From the NCBI GenBank assembly GCA_044344255.1, contig JBIJDH010000008.1, forward strand, positions 1-64,000: a DNA stretch of 64,000 nt, written 5' to 3'. The notes beneath the pieces were generated by a model. That model worked only from the letters and a program-made list of their open reading frames with translations. It had not been told where the DNA came from and ran no database searches. The stretch comes from Myxococcota bacterium. Lineage in GTDB: Bacteria > Myxococcota_A > UBA796 > UBA2385. The translations under genes and the position numbers were made by a program. Below, in pieces: positions 47,551-57,456 of the stretch. How positions within the stretch are numbered: the stretch's first letter is position 1; every line of letters starts with the position of its first letter.

Positions 47551-49914
47551 ATGTTCCCCAATCTTCGATCGCCGGCCCTCCTCATCGCGCTCTTCCTCGG
47601 CTCTGCGTGCGGTAAGAGCGGCGGCGACAAGGCCGGCACCGTCGGTAGCTCCCCCTCCACGGACGACGGGGAGGGCACCTCTCCCGACCAGGACAGCGAC
47701 GGCGACGGGCTGACCGACCTCGAGGAGCTGGAGGCCGGCTCCGACCCGAACAACGCGGACACCGATGGAGACTACATCCCCGACGCGGAGGAGGTCGAAG
47801 CGGGCACTGACCCCACCCAGAGCGACAGCGACGGAGACGGTCTCAGCGACCTCGAAGAGACCGTGATGGGGACCGATCCCGTCGATCCCGACTCTGACGA
47901 CGACGGGCTCAGCGACGGTGAGGAGTCCGAAGAGACCGGCACCGATCCCAGCGAGGCCGACACCGACGGCGACGGCATCACCGACGGCCAGGAGGTCGCC
48001 GACGGGACAGACCCCGGGGACGCCGACTCGGACGGCGACGGCATCACCGACAGCCAGGAGGCGGAGCTCGGGACCGACCCCAACGACGCCGACTCGGACG
48101 GCGACGGGCTGGATGACAAGACCGAGATCCGCCTCGATACGGACCCCACGAACCCCGACACCGACGGAGACGGCCTCAGCGACAGCGAGGAGCTCGACAT
48201 CTACGGCACCGACCCCCGGCTCAGCGACTCGGACTCCGACTTGGTCTCCGACGGCGACGAGGTGGCGGCCGGCACCGACCCCAACATCTCCGACCTCGAC
48301 TCCGACGGGGACGGGCTCACCGACCTCCAGGAGGTGATCACCGTGACCGACCCCGCCGACGCTGACAGCGACGACGACGGGCTCTCAGACGGCGCCGAGA
48401 TCCTGCTCTACCACACCGAGCCAAACGACAAGGACACAGACGACGACGGGTACCTGGACAAGGACGAGATCGCCGCGGGCACCGACCCGCGCGACTCCGA
48501 CACCGACGGCGACGGCTTCTCGGACGGACAGGAGGCGAGCTGGGGCGGTGACCCGCTGAACTCGCTGGTGGTGCCCGCGATCGCAGGTATCAACTCCATC
48601 GTCACCTGCGCGAGCGTCACCACCATCACCGACGGGAACCACTTCGGCTCCTCGGACTACTATTCGTCATACAGACCTACAGAAGGAAAGGGAGACGAGT
48701 GTCTGTGCACCGTCCTTATCGGCGCCACAGACCTCACACCTGTCACCGGAGTGACCATCTGGACTCCGACCTCCGTTCACACCGCCACGACCTGGGAGGC
48801 TGATCCGCGCCCCCGTGCGGTGGCGATCGAGCGGGACACTACCGCGGCCTGGTTCGCCCGGACCTCCACCTTCGCGGTCGAGTTGGACGGCGCGGCGATC
48901 GATGAGACGGGCACGGACAGCTGGTACGCCTTCGACGACGACCCGTCGGTGCCCGACGTGGACCCGGCCGGAGCCTGGGACATGCTCAGCACCGCCTCCG
49001 TCAACATCTCCGGCACCTACAACGTCTACGTCTCGACCCGGAACCCGCTTGGCGAGAAGCTGGAGAGCTGCGATGTCTTTGCCAGCCCGAGCGGCGTCGG
49101 CTCCGGCATGATGGTCCGCATCGACTACGCGCCCCCCAAGCTCGCCAAGGCCACCACCCGGCGCGCGATGGACTGTGTCGCCGGGGCGAGCGGCACCACC
49201 CGCTTCCAGCCGCTGAGCCTGGACACGGGGCGCGCCCTCCCGGTGGCCTTGGGGGGCACCCCCGGCTTCCTCGGCGCCGCCGCCACCCGCGTCGAGGTCA
49301 GCGACTGGCATGGGGCCGACCGTGTCTCCTTCCGCGACCGCACCGGCCGCGAGCTGACGCTGAGCCCGGGGCACCCCGCGATCAACCTGCCGGTCGGCGC
49401 GCTCCCGGTGAGCCAGCTCCAGTTCGTCTCCGGGCGCAGCGCCACCGGCCTCTACCGGGACCCGGAGGTGCTGGTTCAGCACACCTGTCCGGCCCAGCCG
49501 CCGCCGCCGCAGCGCTCGGTGGACCCCACCTGGTCGGTCACCTGGGCCGAGGTCGGTGAGCTGATGGGGTCGGCGACCGGCGGGCTCAGCCTCGAGGCCG
49601 CCGGGCTCCGCGTACAAGGCCTGGACTGGCCCAGCTTCGCGATCCGCCTGCACGCCGACCCCAACTCGGACCGCGGGGTCCTGGCCCTGGACGCGACCGG
49701 GGTGGGCACGCTCTACAGCTTCCCGGTCGCGCGGACGAGCGCCGGGGGGTGGGCTTTCGCGCACCACGGCCCGCAGGCGATGCTCCGCGGAGAGCTGGTC
49801 GGACAAGGCGCGGCCACCGAGCTGCGCCTGAGCTCGGGGAGGCTCGACAGCCCGAACGGGGCCATCGACCTCCTCCCCGCTCGACTGGTCCTCGGGGCCG
49901 CCGATGGGCAGTGA
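47551..49914 (+). CDS. Lipoprotein with about 13 thrombospondin type-3-like Ca-binding repeats and unknown C-terminal domains
   Basis: GSAC lipobox; repeated D(S/T)DGDG(L/I)(S/T)D..E...GTDP; AGGAG SD before ATG 47551. Confidence 0.85.
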   Translation: MFPNLRSPALLIALFLGSACGKSGGDKAGTVGSSPSTDDGEGTSPDQDSDGDGLTDLEELEAGSDPNNADTDGDYIPDAEEVEAGTDPTQSDSDGDGLSDLEETVMGTDPVDPDSDDDGLSDGEESEETGTDPSEADTDGDGITDGQEVADGTDPGDADSDGDGITDSQEAELGTDPNDADSDGDGLDDKTEIRLDTDPTNPDTDGDGLSDSEELDIYGTDPRLSDSDSDLVSDGDEVAAGTDPNISDLDSDGDGLTDLQEVITVTDPADADSDDDGLSDGAEILLYHTEPNDKDTDDDGYLDKDEIAAGTDPRDSDTDGDGFSDGQEASWGGDPLNSLVVPAIAGINSIVTCASVTTITDGNHFGSSDYYSSYRPTEGKGDECLCTVLIGATDLTPVTGVTIWTPTSVHTATTWEADPRPRAVAIERDTTAAWFARTSTFAVELDGAAIDETGTDSWYAFDDDPSVPDVDPAGAWDMLSTASVNISGTYNVYVSTRNPLGEKLESCDVFASPSGVGSGMMVRIDYAPPKLAKATTRRAMDCVAGASGTTRFQPLSLDTGRALPVALGGTPGFLGAAATRVEVSDWHGADRVSFRDRTGRELTLSPGHPAINLPVGALPVSQLQFVSGRSATGLYRDPEVLVQHTCPAQPPPPQRSVDPTWSVTWAEVGELMGSATGGLSLEAAGLRVQGLDWPSFAIRLHADPNSDRGVLALDATGVGTLYSFPVARTSAGGWAFAHHGPQAMLRGELVGQGAATELRLSSGRLDSPNGAIDLLPARLVLGAADGQ

Positions 49915-52126
49915 GCCCCGCCTTGGGGGGCCCCGCCGCGGCGCCCTCCTGCTCGCCCTCCTCACGCTCCACGGCTGTCTGCCCGCCTGGGATGTCTATG
50001 ACTCACGCCTCGACTGGCTGACCGACGGCGATGGCGACGGCCTCTCCGAGCAGGACGGCGACTGCGACGACCGCGATCCCGACCGCCTCCCCGGCGCGGC
50101 CGAGACCTGCAACCGCCGCGACGACGACTGCGACGGCGACATCGACGAAGAGCCGGTCGGCGACGACACCACCTGGGCCCCCGACTCCGACCGCGACGGG
50201 GCCGGCGCCGCGGGCGCGACCGTGATCTCCTGCGAGGCCCCCGGCGAGGGCTACACGCTGACCGGCGGCGACTGCGACGACGACGACCCCACCATCGTCC
50301 CCGGCGCCACCGAGCGCTGCAACGGCGACGACGACGACTGCGACGGCGCCACCGATGAGGACGACGCCGTCGACGCCCCCACCTGGTTCCTCGACCGCGA
50401 CGGTGACGCCTATGGGCTGGACAGCGCCACCGTGGTCCAGTGCGCCGCCCCGGAGGGCTACGCCGCCCTCGGCGGGGACTGCGACGACGAGGACGACGCC
50501 ATCAACCCCGGCGCCGCCGAGCGCTGCAACGGCGACGACGACGACTGCGACGGCACCGCCGACGACCCGCCCGTCGAAGGGCCCACCCCCTTCCTCGCCG
50601 ACCATGACAGCGACGGCTTCGGCGACGAGACCGCCACCGACGGCCGCTGCGCCGCAGCCGAGGGCTTCGTGGAGCTCGGCGGGGACTGCGACGACGCAGA
50701 CCCTACCTCCCACCCCGGCGCAGAAGAGGTCTGCAACGACGGCGCCGACAACGACTGCGACGGCGGGCCGGGGGACTGCGTCTGGCCCGACGAGATCGAC
50801 CTCACCGACCACCCGATGATCCTCCCGGCTCACACCTTCGACCTCTTGGGTCAGTCAGGGGCCGCAGGGGATGTCAACAATGACGGCGTCATGGACCTCG
50901 TCCTCGGCGCATACAACGCCTACGACACAGCGAGCAGCGACACCGCAGGTAAGGTGCTCGTATTCCAGGCTCCAATCGGGAGCACGCGATCCGCCACGGA
51001 TGCCGAGTTAACTTTCACAGGTAACGCTGCCCGCGGCGAGTCCCCCGGGTATAGCCTCGACATCGGAGACATCGACGGTGACGGAGTTGATGACATCCTG
51101 ATTGGCGCCCCGAGCCTCTCATCGGACGCAGAGTCAGAGTCCGATCGTGCTTACATCATTTTTGGTCCGGTCTCGGACGGAAACCCGATCGACATCGCCT
51201 CCGACTGGACAACCATTGACAAAACAGCGTCCAATGACTTCGGCCTCGAAGTCAGGCTCGTCGGTGACATCAATGGTGACGGGCGTGTCGACTTTGCGGT
51301 CGGGTCCAACGCGGACGACTACAACGGAACCAGCGCGGGCTCTGCTTACCTGTTCTCGTCAATCACGGATGGAGAGCACTATGCTCGCGACATCGCGAGC
51401 GCCCACGTTTACGGCGAAACGCCATTCGACCACCTGGGAGACTCTGTCGCCGGAGTGGATGTCGACGGCGATGGCTTCAACGACCTCCTCATCGGCGCCC
51501 CGGGCGCCGATGACCTCGACGCCGCGAGCGCCTCCACCCTCCTCTTCCTCGGCCCCGTCACCGGTGAGCGGGCCGACAGCACCGCCGACTACTATTGGCT
51601 CGCCGAGGGCCTCAATGACTTCGGCGGCGACTCGACAGCCTCGGTAGGAGACATGAACGGAGACGGCTTCGACGACGTGTTCACCGGCGCGACCCAAGGC
51701 GGCACCGGGGGTACGGCCTACTTGATCTGGGGCGGCAGCGCCATCTCCAGCGGCAGCCTCGTAGACGCGGACGTCAAGATTCGAAGCTCCGGGAGCTATC
51801 GGGAGTTCGCCGCCTCCCTCTCCGGCCTCGGGGACCTCAACCAGGACGGCTCGAACGACGTCGCCATCTCCGAATTCGGCAGCGCCCCCCGCAGCGTCTT
51901 TGTTTACCACGGACCTCTGGCAAACGGCGTAGTGTACGACACCGACGCCGACATCGTGTTGACCGGCGACAGCGCCACCGACGACTACTTCTCTGCCATC
52001 TTCAACGCAGGCGACGTCACGCTGGATGGCGTCGACGACCTCGTGATCACCTCTCCGTGGCGCACCTCTCTCACCGACGGTGAGTATGACGGCGGAGCCT
52101 ACGTCGTCGCCGGTGTCGGCTTGTGA
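49904..52126 (+). CDS. Lipoprotein with four MopE-like motifs and a C-terminal FG-GAP (integrin-alpha-like) beta-propeller
   Basis: LHGC lipobox; DCDD...PGA.E.CN..DDDCDG x4; GD(V/I)NGDG..D..(I/L)GAP repeats. Confidence 0.88.
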   Translation: MGSEPRLGGPRRGALLLALLTLHGCLPAWDVYDSRLDWLTDGDGDGLSEQDGDCDDRDPDRLPGAAETCNRRDDDCDGDIDEEPVGDDTTWAPDSDRDGAGAAGATVISCEAPGEGYTLTGGDCDDDDPTIVPGATERCNGDDDDCDGATDEDDAVDAPTWFLDRDGDAYGLDSATVVQCAAPEGYAALGGDCDDEDDAINPGAAERCNGDDDDCDGTADDPPVEGPTPFLADHDSDGFGDETATDGRCAAAEGFVELGGDCDDADPTSHPGAEEVCNDGADNDCDGGPGDCVWPDEIDLTDHPMILPAHTFDLLGQSGAAGDVNNDGVMDLVLGAYNAYDTASSDTAGKVLVFQAPIGSTRSATDAELTFTGNAARGESPGYSLDIGDIDGDGVDDILIGAPSLSSDAESESDRAYIIFGPVSDGNPIDIASDWTTIDKTASNDFGLEVRLVGDINGDGRVDFAVGSNADDYNGTSAGSAYLFSSITDGEHYARDIASAHVYGETPFDHLGDSVAGVDVDGDGFNDLLIGAPGADDLDAASASTLLFLGPVTGERADSTADYYWLAEGLNDFGGDSTASVGDMNGDGFDDVFTGATQGGTGGTAYLIWGGSAISSGSLVDADVKIRSSGSYREFAASLSGLGDLNQDGSNDVAISEFGSAPRSVFVYHGPLANGVVYDTDADIVLTGDSATDDYFSAIFNAGDVTLDGVDDLVITSPWRTSLTDGEYDGGAYVVAGVGL

Positions 52127-52204
52127 CGCACCGGGGCGCCTCCCTCCTCCTCGGCGCCCTGGCGCTCAGCGGTGTTTGGCCGACTTGTACAGCGCTCCCC
52201 ACGT

Positions 52205-52807
52205 TCACTCGCGACGATCAGGCGCGGCCCTCCACCGCTGCATGAGCCCCGCCGCCATGCCCAGGACGGCGAGGGTGCGCATCAGGGGGCCAAACACCAG
52301 CGGCCAGAACGGCCCGGGCTCGAGGGAGAACAAGGTGGGTAGGCCGAGGATGCCCATGGCCACGAGCTCGACGTCCAGTCGCCAGACCACCGCCACCCAA
52401 GGGACGAGGCTGAGCAGGAAGAGGCCGAACAGCGGGCCTCTCCCCCAGCGGCGGGCGGCCAGGGCGAAGGCGACCGGCATCGCGGCGGCGCCGAGCACAC
52501 AGCCGATCCCCGCGAGGATCTCGGCGTTCCAGGGTCCGAGCGTGGGGTACCGATGCAGCCACGACAGGAAGGTCGGGAGGCCGCCGTAGCCCATCCCCAG
52601 GTGAGTGGGGACCACGGCCCACGGATAGACCACCGATAGGGGGGCGAGCAGACAGGGGACCCGCCAGATGTCCTGTCGGCGGCCAGCCCTCCGGGGAGAG
52701 TGGAGGCGTCCAACACAGAGCTCAGCCCGCCATAGACCTGGAGGTGGTCGAGGAGGGTGGCGCAGGGCGCGCGGTCGTACCGAGGCATCGCTCCCGGCAA
52801 CCGCCAT
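52205..52807 (-). CDS. Hypothetical multi-pass membrane protein (5-prime end uncertain, possibly frameshifted)
   Basis: C-terminal ~150 aa carry 3-4 hydrophobic segments; the N-terminal ~45 aa look non-coding in this frame. Confidence 0.45.
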   Translation of the reverse strand: MAVAGSDASVRPRALRHPPRPPPGLWRAELCVGRLHSPRRAGRRQDIWRVPCLLAPLSVVYPWAVVPTHLGMGYGGLPTFLSWLHRYPTLGPWNAEILAGIGCVLGAAAMPVAFALAARRWGRGPLFGLFLLSLVPWVAVVWRLDVELVAMGILGLPTLFSLEPGPFWPLVFGPLMRTLAVLGMAAGLMQRWRAAPDRRE

Positions 52808-52885
52808 GGAGCGGGAGCCCGCCTGCCGACGGGGCCTGGCCTGTGAAGGCTGCGCCTCGACCCCCGGCGACCTCCGGCGCCCTCC

Positions 52886-53578
52886 TCAGGGCTCGATCGA
52901 CGCCTTCACGATCTTGTCGAGCTTCGGGAAACTCTTCTGGAGGTACTTGTCCCCCTCCACCATGATGCGCTGCTGGTCTGGCCCGCGGCCATTGGGCGCG
53001 CCTTCTCCATAGCCGGTGTAGAGCTTCGCCAGGACGTCCTTGCCCTCCACCACCGCGCCGAAGGGGGAGAAGCCCATGTCGTCGAGCTGCTTGTTGTCGG
53101 TGTGATTGATGAACATCTGCGTGGTGCGCGTGTCCTTGCCCGACATCGCGAAGGTGATCGTGCCCGCGCTGTTGGAGAGGCGCACCGGATCGTCCTTCAT
53201 GCGCGCGAGGCGCCAGGCCATGTTCACGTTGGCGTCGGGGCTGAGCCCGAACTGCACCATGAAGCCGCTGATGTTGCGAAAGAAGGCGGCGCCGTCCAAG
53301 AAGCCGATGCGGACCATGTTGTAGAGACGATCGGCCGCGTTCGGGGACCACTCGCGCTTGACCTCGAGCACGATGTCACCCTGCGTGGTCTTCAGGCGCA
53401 CCCGATAGACCGCCGGTGCCGTCTCTCGCGCGAGGGAGGGGTCACGCAAGGCGGGGTTGGGCGGGGCAGGGGCGGCGGCCGGGGGGAGCGCGCCCTCCTG
53501 GGCGAGGGCCGGCGCAGCGAGGCTGAGGCCGACGAGCAGGGTGAGCCAGGGGGAGAGGGTGCTATGTCGGTGCCGCAT
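52886..53578 (-). CDS. Secreted cyclophilin-type peptidyl-prolyl cis-trans isomerase
   Basis: Signal peptide (ALA-Q); TTQGDI.LE, FFR.ISGFMVQFG, N..GTITFA, RTTQ.FIN, LD..GFSPFG.VVEG. Confidence 0.92.
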   Translation of the reverse strand: MRHRHSTLSPWLTLLVGLSLAAPALAQEGALPPAAAPAPPNPALRDPSLARETAPAVYRVRLKTTQGDIVLEVKREWSPNAADRLYNMVRIGFLDGAAFFRNISGFMVQFGLSPDANVNMAWRLARMKDDPVRLSNSAGTITFAMSGKDTRTTQMFINHTDNKQLDDMGFSPFGAVVEGKDVLAKLYTGYGEGAPNGRGPDQQRIMVEGDKYLQKSFPKLDKIVKASIEP

Positions 53579-53669
53579 CTTCGCTCCAGAGGGGGCCTCG
53601 ATATCTCGGGCCCCCGAGGCCGGCCGCTCATTCCCCGGCGCCTGCCCAGACGGAGGGGACCGCGCTACG

Positions 53670-53770
53670 CTGCATCGCCCGCTGCATCCTCCACTGCATC
53701 CCCCTGCGACGCAGGGCGAGGCGTCGGCACCCTGAGGGCAACATGAGGGCACACTGAGGGCAACATGAGG
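53670..53770. repeat. Two phased tandem arrays in the cyclophilin/recB divergent intergenic region
   Basis: ctgcatc at 53670, 53682 and 53694 (12-bp period); tgagggca(a/c)a(c/a) at 53733, 53744, 53755 plus tgagg at 53766 (11-bp period); inverted repeat ccctgcg-a-cgcaggg between them. Confidence 0.8.
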
Positions 53771-53781
53771 ATCGACGCAGA

Positions 53782-56700
53782 ATGAAGCTCGACGCCGCGC
53801 GCCTCCCCCTCCGCGGGACCCAGCTCATCGAGGCCAGCGCCGGCACCGGCAAGACTTGGACCATCAGCACCCTCTTCTTACGCTTTGTCGTCGAAGAGCG
53901 GCTCACGGTCGATCAGATCCTCGTGGTCACCTTCACCCGGGCCGCCACCGCCGAGCTGAAGGAGCGGGTGCGCGGCCGGCTGGCCGACGCCCTGCGCGCG
54001 GTGGAGCAGGGCCAGGCCGAGGAGCCCGTGCTCCACGCCCTCGTGCAGCGCTGGGACCGGCGGGCCGCCCGTGAGGCCCTCGAGGCGGCGCTCCACGCCT
54101 TTGACACCGCCGCCATCAACACGATCCACGGTTATTGCCAGCGGGCGCTCACCGAGCACGCCTTCGAGAGCGGCGTGCCCCTGCGCACGAAGCTCATCAC
54201 CGACGAGCGGCCCCTCCGCCAGCGGGTCGCCGCCGACCTTTGGGTGCGGGAGACCTTTGCCGCCGACCCCGCGCTCGTGCGCCACCTCCGCGACGGCAAG
54301 CGCGGCGCCCTCGGGCCCACCGTGCTGGGGCGACTCCTCGATCGGGCCGCCACCCACCCCGAGCTGGTCGTGATCCCCGCGCCGCAGCCCTCCAGCCTGG
54401 ACGAGGCGGCCGTCGGCCTCCGAGCCGCCTGGGCCGAGGCCGCCGCCGCCTGGGGGGTGGCCCGCGCGCCCCTGCTCCAGCTCCTGCTCACGAGCCCGGC
54501 CCTCAACCGCTCCAGCTACAAGCAGGCGACCCTCGAGCTCGTCGCCGAGGCGCTCGACCAGGCCTTCGCCGGGGAGCCCGATCCAAGCGCCCTCCCCGAC
54601 CGACTCGAGCTCCTCACCCCCACGCGCCTGCAGGCCGGCACCAAGAAGGGCCAGGCCACCCCCGCCCACCCCTGCTTCGAGCGGCTCGCCGCCCTCCTCA
54701 CCGCCGTCGCCGCCTACCAGCGCGACCTCGAGCAGGAGACCCTCAACCTCCTCCTGCGCAGCCTCCACCGCGGCGGCGCCGAGCTGCGGGCCCACAAGGA
54801 CAGCGAGGCCCTCTGGTCCTTCGACGATCTGCTGCAGCACTTGGACCGCGCCCTCGCCGGCCCGGACGGCGAGGCGCTCGCCGCTCGCCTCCGGGAGCGG
54901 CAGCCCGTGGCCCTCATCGACGAGTTCCAGGACACTGACCCCGTCCAGTACCGCATCTTCCGCCGGCTCTACCACGACCGCCCGAGCGGCGCGCTGCTGC
55001 TCATCGGCGACCCCAAGCAGGCCATCTACGCCTTCCGAGGGGCCGACATCTTCGCCTACCTGCGGGCCGCCGACGACGCCCGCGCCCACACCTGGACGCT
55101 GCCGGTCAACCGGCGCTCCGATCCGGGCCTCGTCACCGCAGTCAACGGGCTCTTCTCGCGCTCCGCCCAGCCCTTCCTCTACCCGGGCATCCGCTTCGAG
55201 CCCGTGCTCGCCCGCCCCGGCGCCGACGACCTCCTGCGTGACGCCGCAGGCGCGCTCCTCCCGGGCCTCGAGCTCACCTTCCTCCGCCGGGACGGACGCA
55301 CCGGGAAGATCAACAACCAGATCAACCGTGGCATCGCCGAGGCGGACCTCCCCGGCCTCGTCGCCGCCGACATCGTGGCCCTCCTCGAGTCGGGGGCGAC
55401 GCTCGGCGGCCACCCGATCGAGCCCGGCCAGATCGCGGTCCTCGTGCGGCGTAAGGTCGAGGCGACCGCGATGCAGGAGGCGCTGCGGGCGCTCGGCGTG
55501 CCGAGCGTGCTCACCACCGAGGCGAGCGTGCTCGACAGCGTCGAGGCGGGTGAGCTCTCGCTCATCCTCGCCGCCATGGCCGAGCCGCGGCGCGCCCCCC
55601 TCGTCCGCGCCGCCCTCGCGACCCCCGCCTTCGGCCTCGACGCCGCCGCCCTCGCCGCCTTGCGGGCCGACGAGGCCGCTTGGGACCGGCAGGTCGACCG
55701 CTTCCAGCGCTGGGGCCAGGCGTGGAGAGAGCACGGCTTCCTCCAGGCCTTCCGCCGCTTGGTCGACGAGACCGGCGCGCCCGCCCGCGCGGCCGCCCTG
55801 CCCGACGGAGAGCGCCGCCTCACCAACACGCTGCACCTCGCCGAGCTCCTCGACGCCGTGCGCCTCTCCCGCAAGCTCAGCCCCGAAGCGCTCTGCCGCT
55901 GGCTCGACGAGGCCCGCGCCGCCCAGGATCACGAGCGCGACGAGGAGGCCACCGGCGCCTCCCAGCTCCGCCTCGAGAGTGACACGCGAGCGGTGCAGCT
56001 CGTCACGATGCACAAGAGTAAGGGCCTCGAGTACCCGATCGTCTACTGCCCCTTCCTCTGGGCGGGGAGCGAGCTCCACGCGCGAGACAAGCGCTTCCTG
56101 CTCTTCCACGACCCCGACGCCGACCACCGCCTGACCCTTGACCTCGGCTCCCCCGACCACGGCGCCCACGCGGCGCTGGCCGCCGAGGAGAACCTCGCCG
56201 AGCAGCTACGCCTGCTCTACGTGGCCCTCACCCGGGCCCGGCACCGCTGCGTGATCGCCTGGGGGGCCATCTCCGGCGCCGGCAGCTCGGCCCTGAGCGC
56301 GCTCTTGCACGCCGGCGGCTCCGAGCTGCACGCCGCGCCCGAGCGCTTCAAGCACCTCGATGATGAGGGCCTGCTCGCCGATCTCCGGGCCTACGTGGCG
56401 AGCGTGGCGCCCCACGCCGCCCTCCGCTCGCTGGAGGAGCCCACCGGCCTGCGTTGGCGGGGGCTCGACCGCCTCGTGCCGCGGCTGAGCGCGCGGCCGA
56501 TCACCCGCGACCTGCGGGAGCCCTGGCGGGCCTCGAGCTTCTCCAACCTGATCGCCGACCGCCCCGAGGAGGGCCCCGAGGCCCCCGCCGCGCAGGGCAC
56601 CCCCGAGGCCCTCGCCGCCGAGGGCGAGCGCCCCGCCGACCACGACGAGGGCACCGCCCGCCTCGAGGACACGCCCGAGCCCGAGGGGCCGCCCATCCCC

Positions 56701-57456
56701 CTCGACAGCTTCCCGAAGGGAGCGAGCGTCGGCCACCTCCTACACGGCATCCTCGAGGACCTCGACTTCCAGTACGCGGCCCGCCCCGAGGGGCCCGAGG
56801 CCGCCCGCCGGCTGGTCGAGGGGCGCCTCGAGGCGGCGCGGCTGGACGCCCTCCGCTGGACCGGGCCGCTGCTCGACATGATCGCGGTCCTGCTCGACAC
56901 GCCGCTCTCGGTCGGCGGCCCCCGCCTCGGCCGGGTCAGCCACCCCGAGCGGCGGGCGGAGATGGAGTTCATCCTCCCCGTCGCCCAGGCGAAGGAGCGG
57001 CGCTTCACCCCGGAGCGCCTCGCCGCCCTCTTCCGCGCCAGCGCCCGCGAGCCCGTGCCCCCCGGCTACGCCGATGAGCTCGGTCAGCTCGGCTTCCTGC
57101 CCCTGCAAGGCTGGCTGCGCGGCTTCATCGACCTCGTCTTCACCGCCGGGGGGCGCTGGTACGTGCTCGACTGGAAGTCGAACCACCTCGGCCCGCGGCC
57201 CGAGGACTACGCGAGCGCGGGCCTCATCGACGCCATGGCCCACCACCACTACTTCCTGCAGTACCACCTCTACCTCGTGGCCCTGCACCGACACCTGCGC
57301 CTTCGCCTGCCCGACTACGACTACGATCGCCACATCGGTGGGGCCTACTACGTATTCCTCCGCGGCCTCGGCCCCGTGCCCGGCCAGGGCGTGCTCTTCG
57401 ATCGACCCCCAAAGCGCCTGATCGTGGGCCTCTCCGACCTCCTGGAGGAGGGATGA
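53782..57456 (+). CDS. recB: Exodeoxyribonuclease V beta subunit
   Basis: LIEASAGTGKT, VTFT.AAT.EL, IDEFQDTD, IGDPKQAIY.FRG, TMHKSKGLE, LLYVALTRA; nuclease GFIDLVF...VLDWKSN, Y.LQ..LY. Confidence 0.96.
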   Translation: MKLDAARLPLRGTQLIEASAGTGKTWTISTLFLRFVVEERLTVDQILVVTFTRAATAELKERVRGRLADALRAVEQGQAEEPVLHALVQRWDRRAAREALEAALHAFDTAAINTIHGYCQRALTEHAFESGVPLRTKLITDERPLRQRVAADLWVRETFAADPALVRHLRDGKRGALGPTVLGRLLDRAATHPELVVIPAPQPSSLDEAAVGLRAAWAEAAAAWGVARAPLLQLLLTSPALNRSSYKQATLELVAEALDQAFAGEPDPSALPDRLELLTPTRLQAGTKKGQATPAHPCFERLAALLTAVAAYQRDLEQETLNLLLRSLHRGGAELRAHKDSEALWSFDDLLQHLDRALAGPDGEALAARLRERQPVALIDEFQDTDPVQYRIFRRLYHDRPSGALLLIGDPKQAIYAFRGADIFAYLRAADDARAHTWTLPVNRRSDPGLVTAVNGLFSRSAQPFLYPGIRFEPVLARPGADDLLRDAAGALLPGLELTFLRRDGRTGKINNQINRGIAEADLPGLVAADIVALLESGATLGGHPIEPGQIAVLVRRKVEATAMQEALRALGVPSVLTTEASVLDSVEAGELSLILAAMAEPRRAPLVRAALATPAFGLDAAALAALRADEAAWDRQVDRFQRWGQAWREHGFLQAFRRLVDETGAPARAAALPDGERRLTNTLHLAELLDAVRLSRKLSPEALCRWLDEARAAQDHERDEEATGASQLRLESDTRAVQLVTMHKSKGLEYPIVYCPFLWAGSELHARDKRFLLFHDPDADHRLTLDLGSPDHGAHAALAAEENLAEQLRLLYVALTRARHRCVIAWGAISGAGSSALSALLHAGGSELHAAPERFKHLDDEGLLADLRAYVASVAPHAALRSLEEPTGLRWRGLDRLVPRLSARPITRDLREPWRASSFSNLIADRPEEGPEAPAAQGTPEALAAEGERPADHDEGTARLEDTPEPEGPPIPLDSFPKGASVGHLLHGILEDLDFQYAARPEGPEAARRLVEGRLEAARLDALRWTGPLLDMIAVLLDTPLSVGGPRLGRVSHPERRAEMEFILPVAQAKERRFTPERLAALFRASAREPVPPGYADELGQLGFLPLQGWLRGFIDLVFTAGGRWYVLDWKSNHLGPRPEDYASAGLIDAMAHHHYFLQYHLYLVALHRHLRLRLPDYDYDRHIGGAYYVFLRGLGPVPGQGVLFDRPPKRLIVGLSDLLEEG

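Noticed and set aside
47690..48560. CRISPR-like or mobile repeat array
   Set aside because: The repeats are degenerate at DNA level and in frame, encoding DxDGDG..GTDP protein repeats; no cas genes or unique-spacer pattern.
52282..52800. Programmed frameshift joining two minus-strand ORFs
   Set aside because: No slippery sequence or recognisable homology; it cannot be distinguished from a downstream start codon or a sequencing error.
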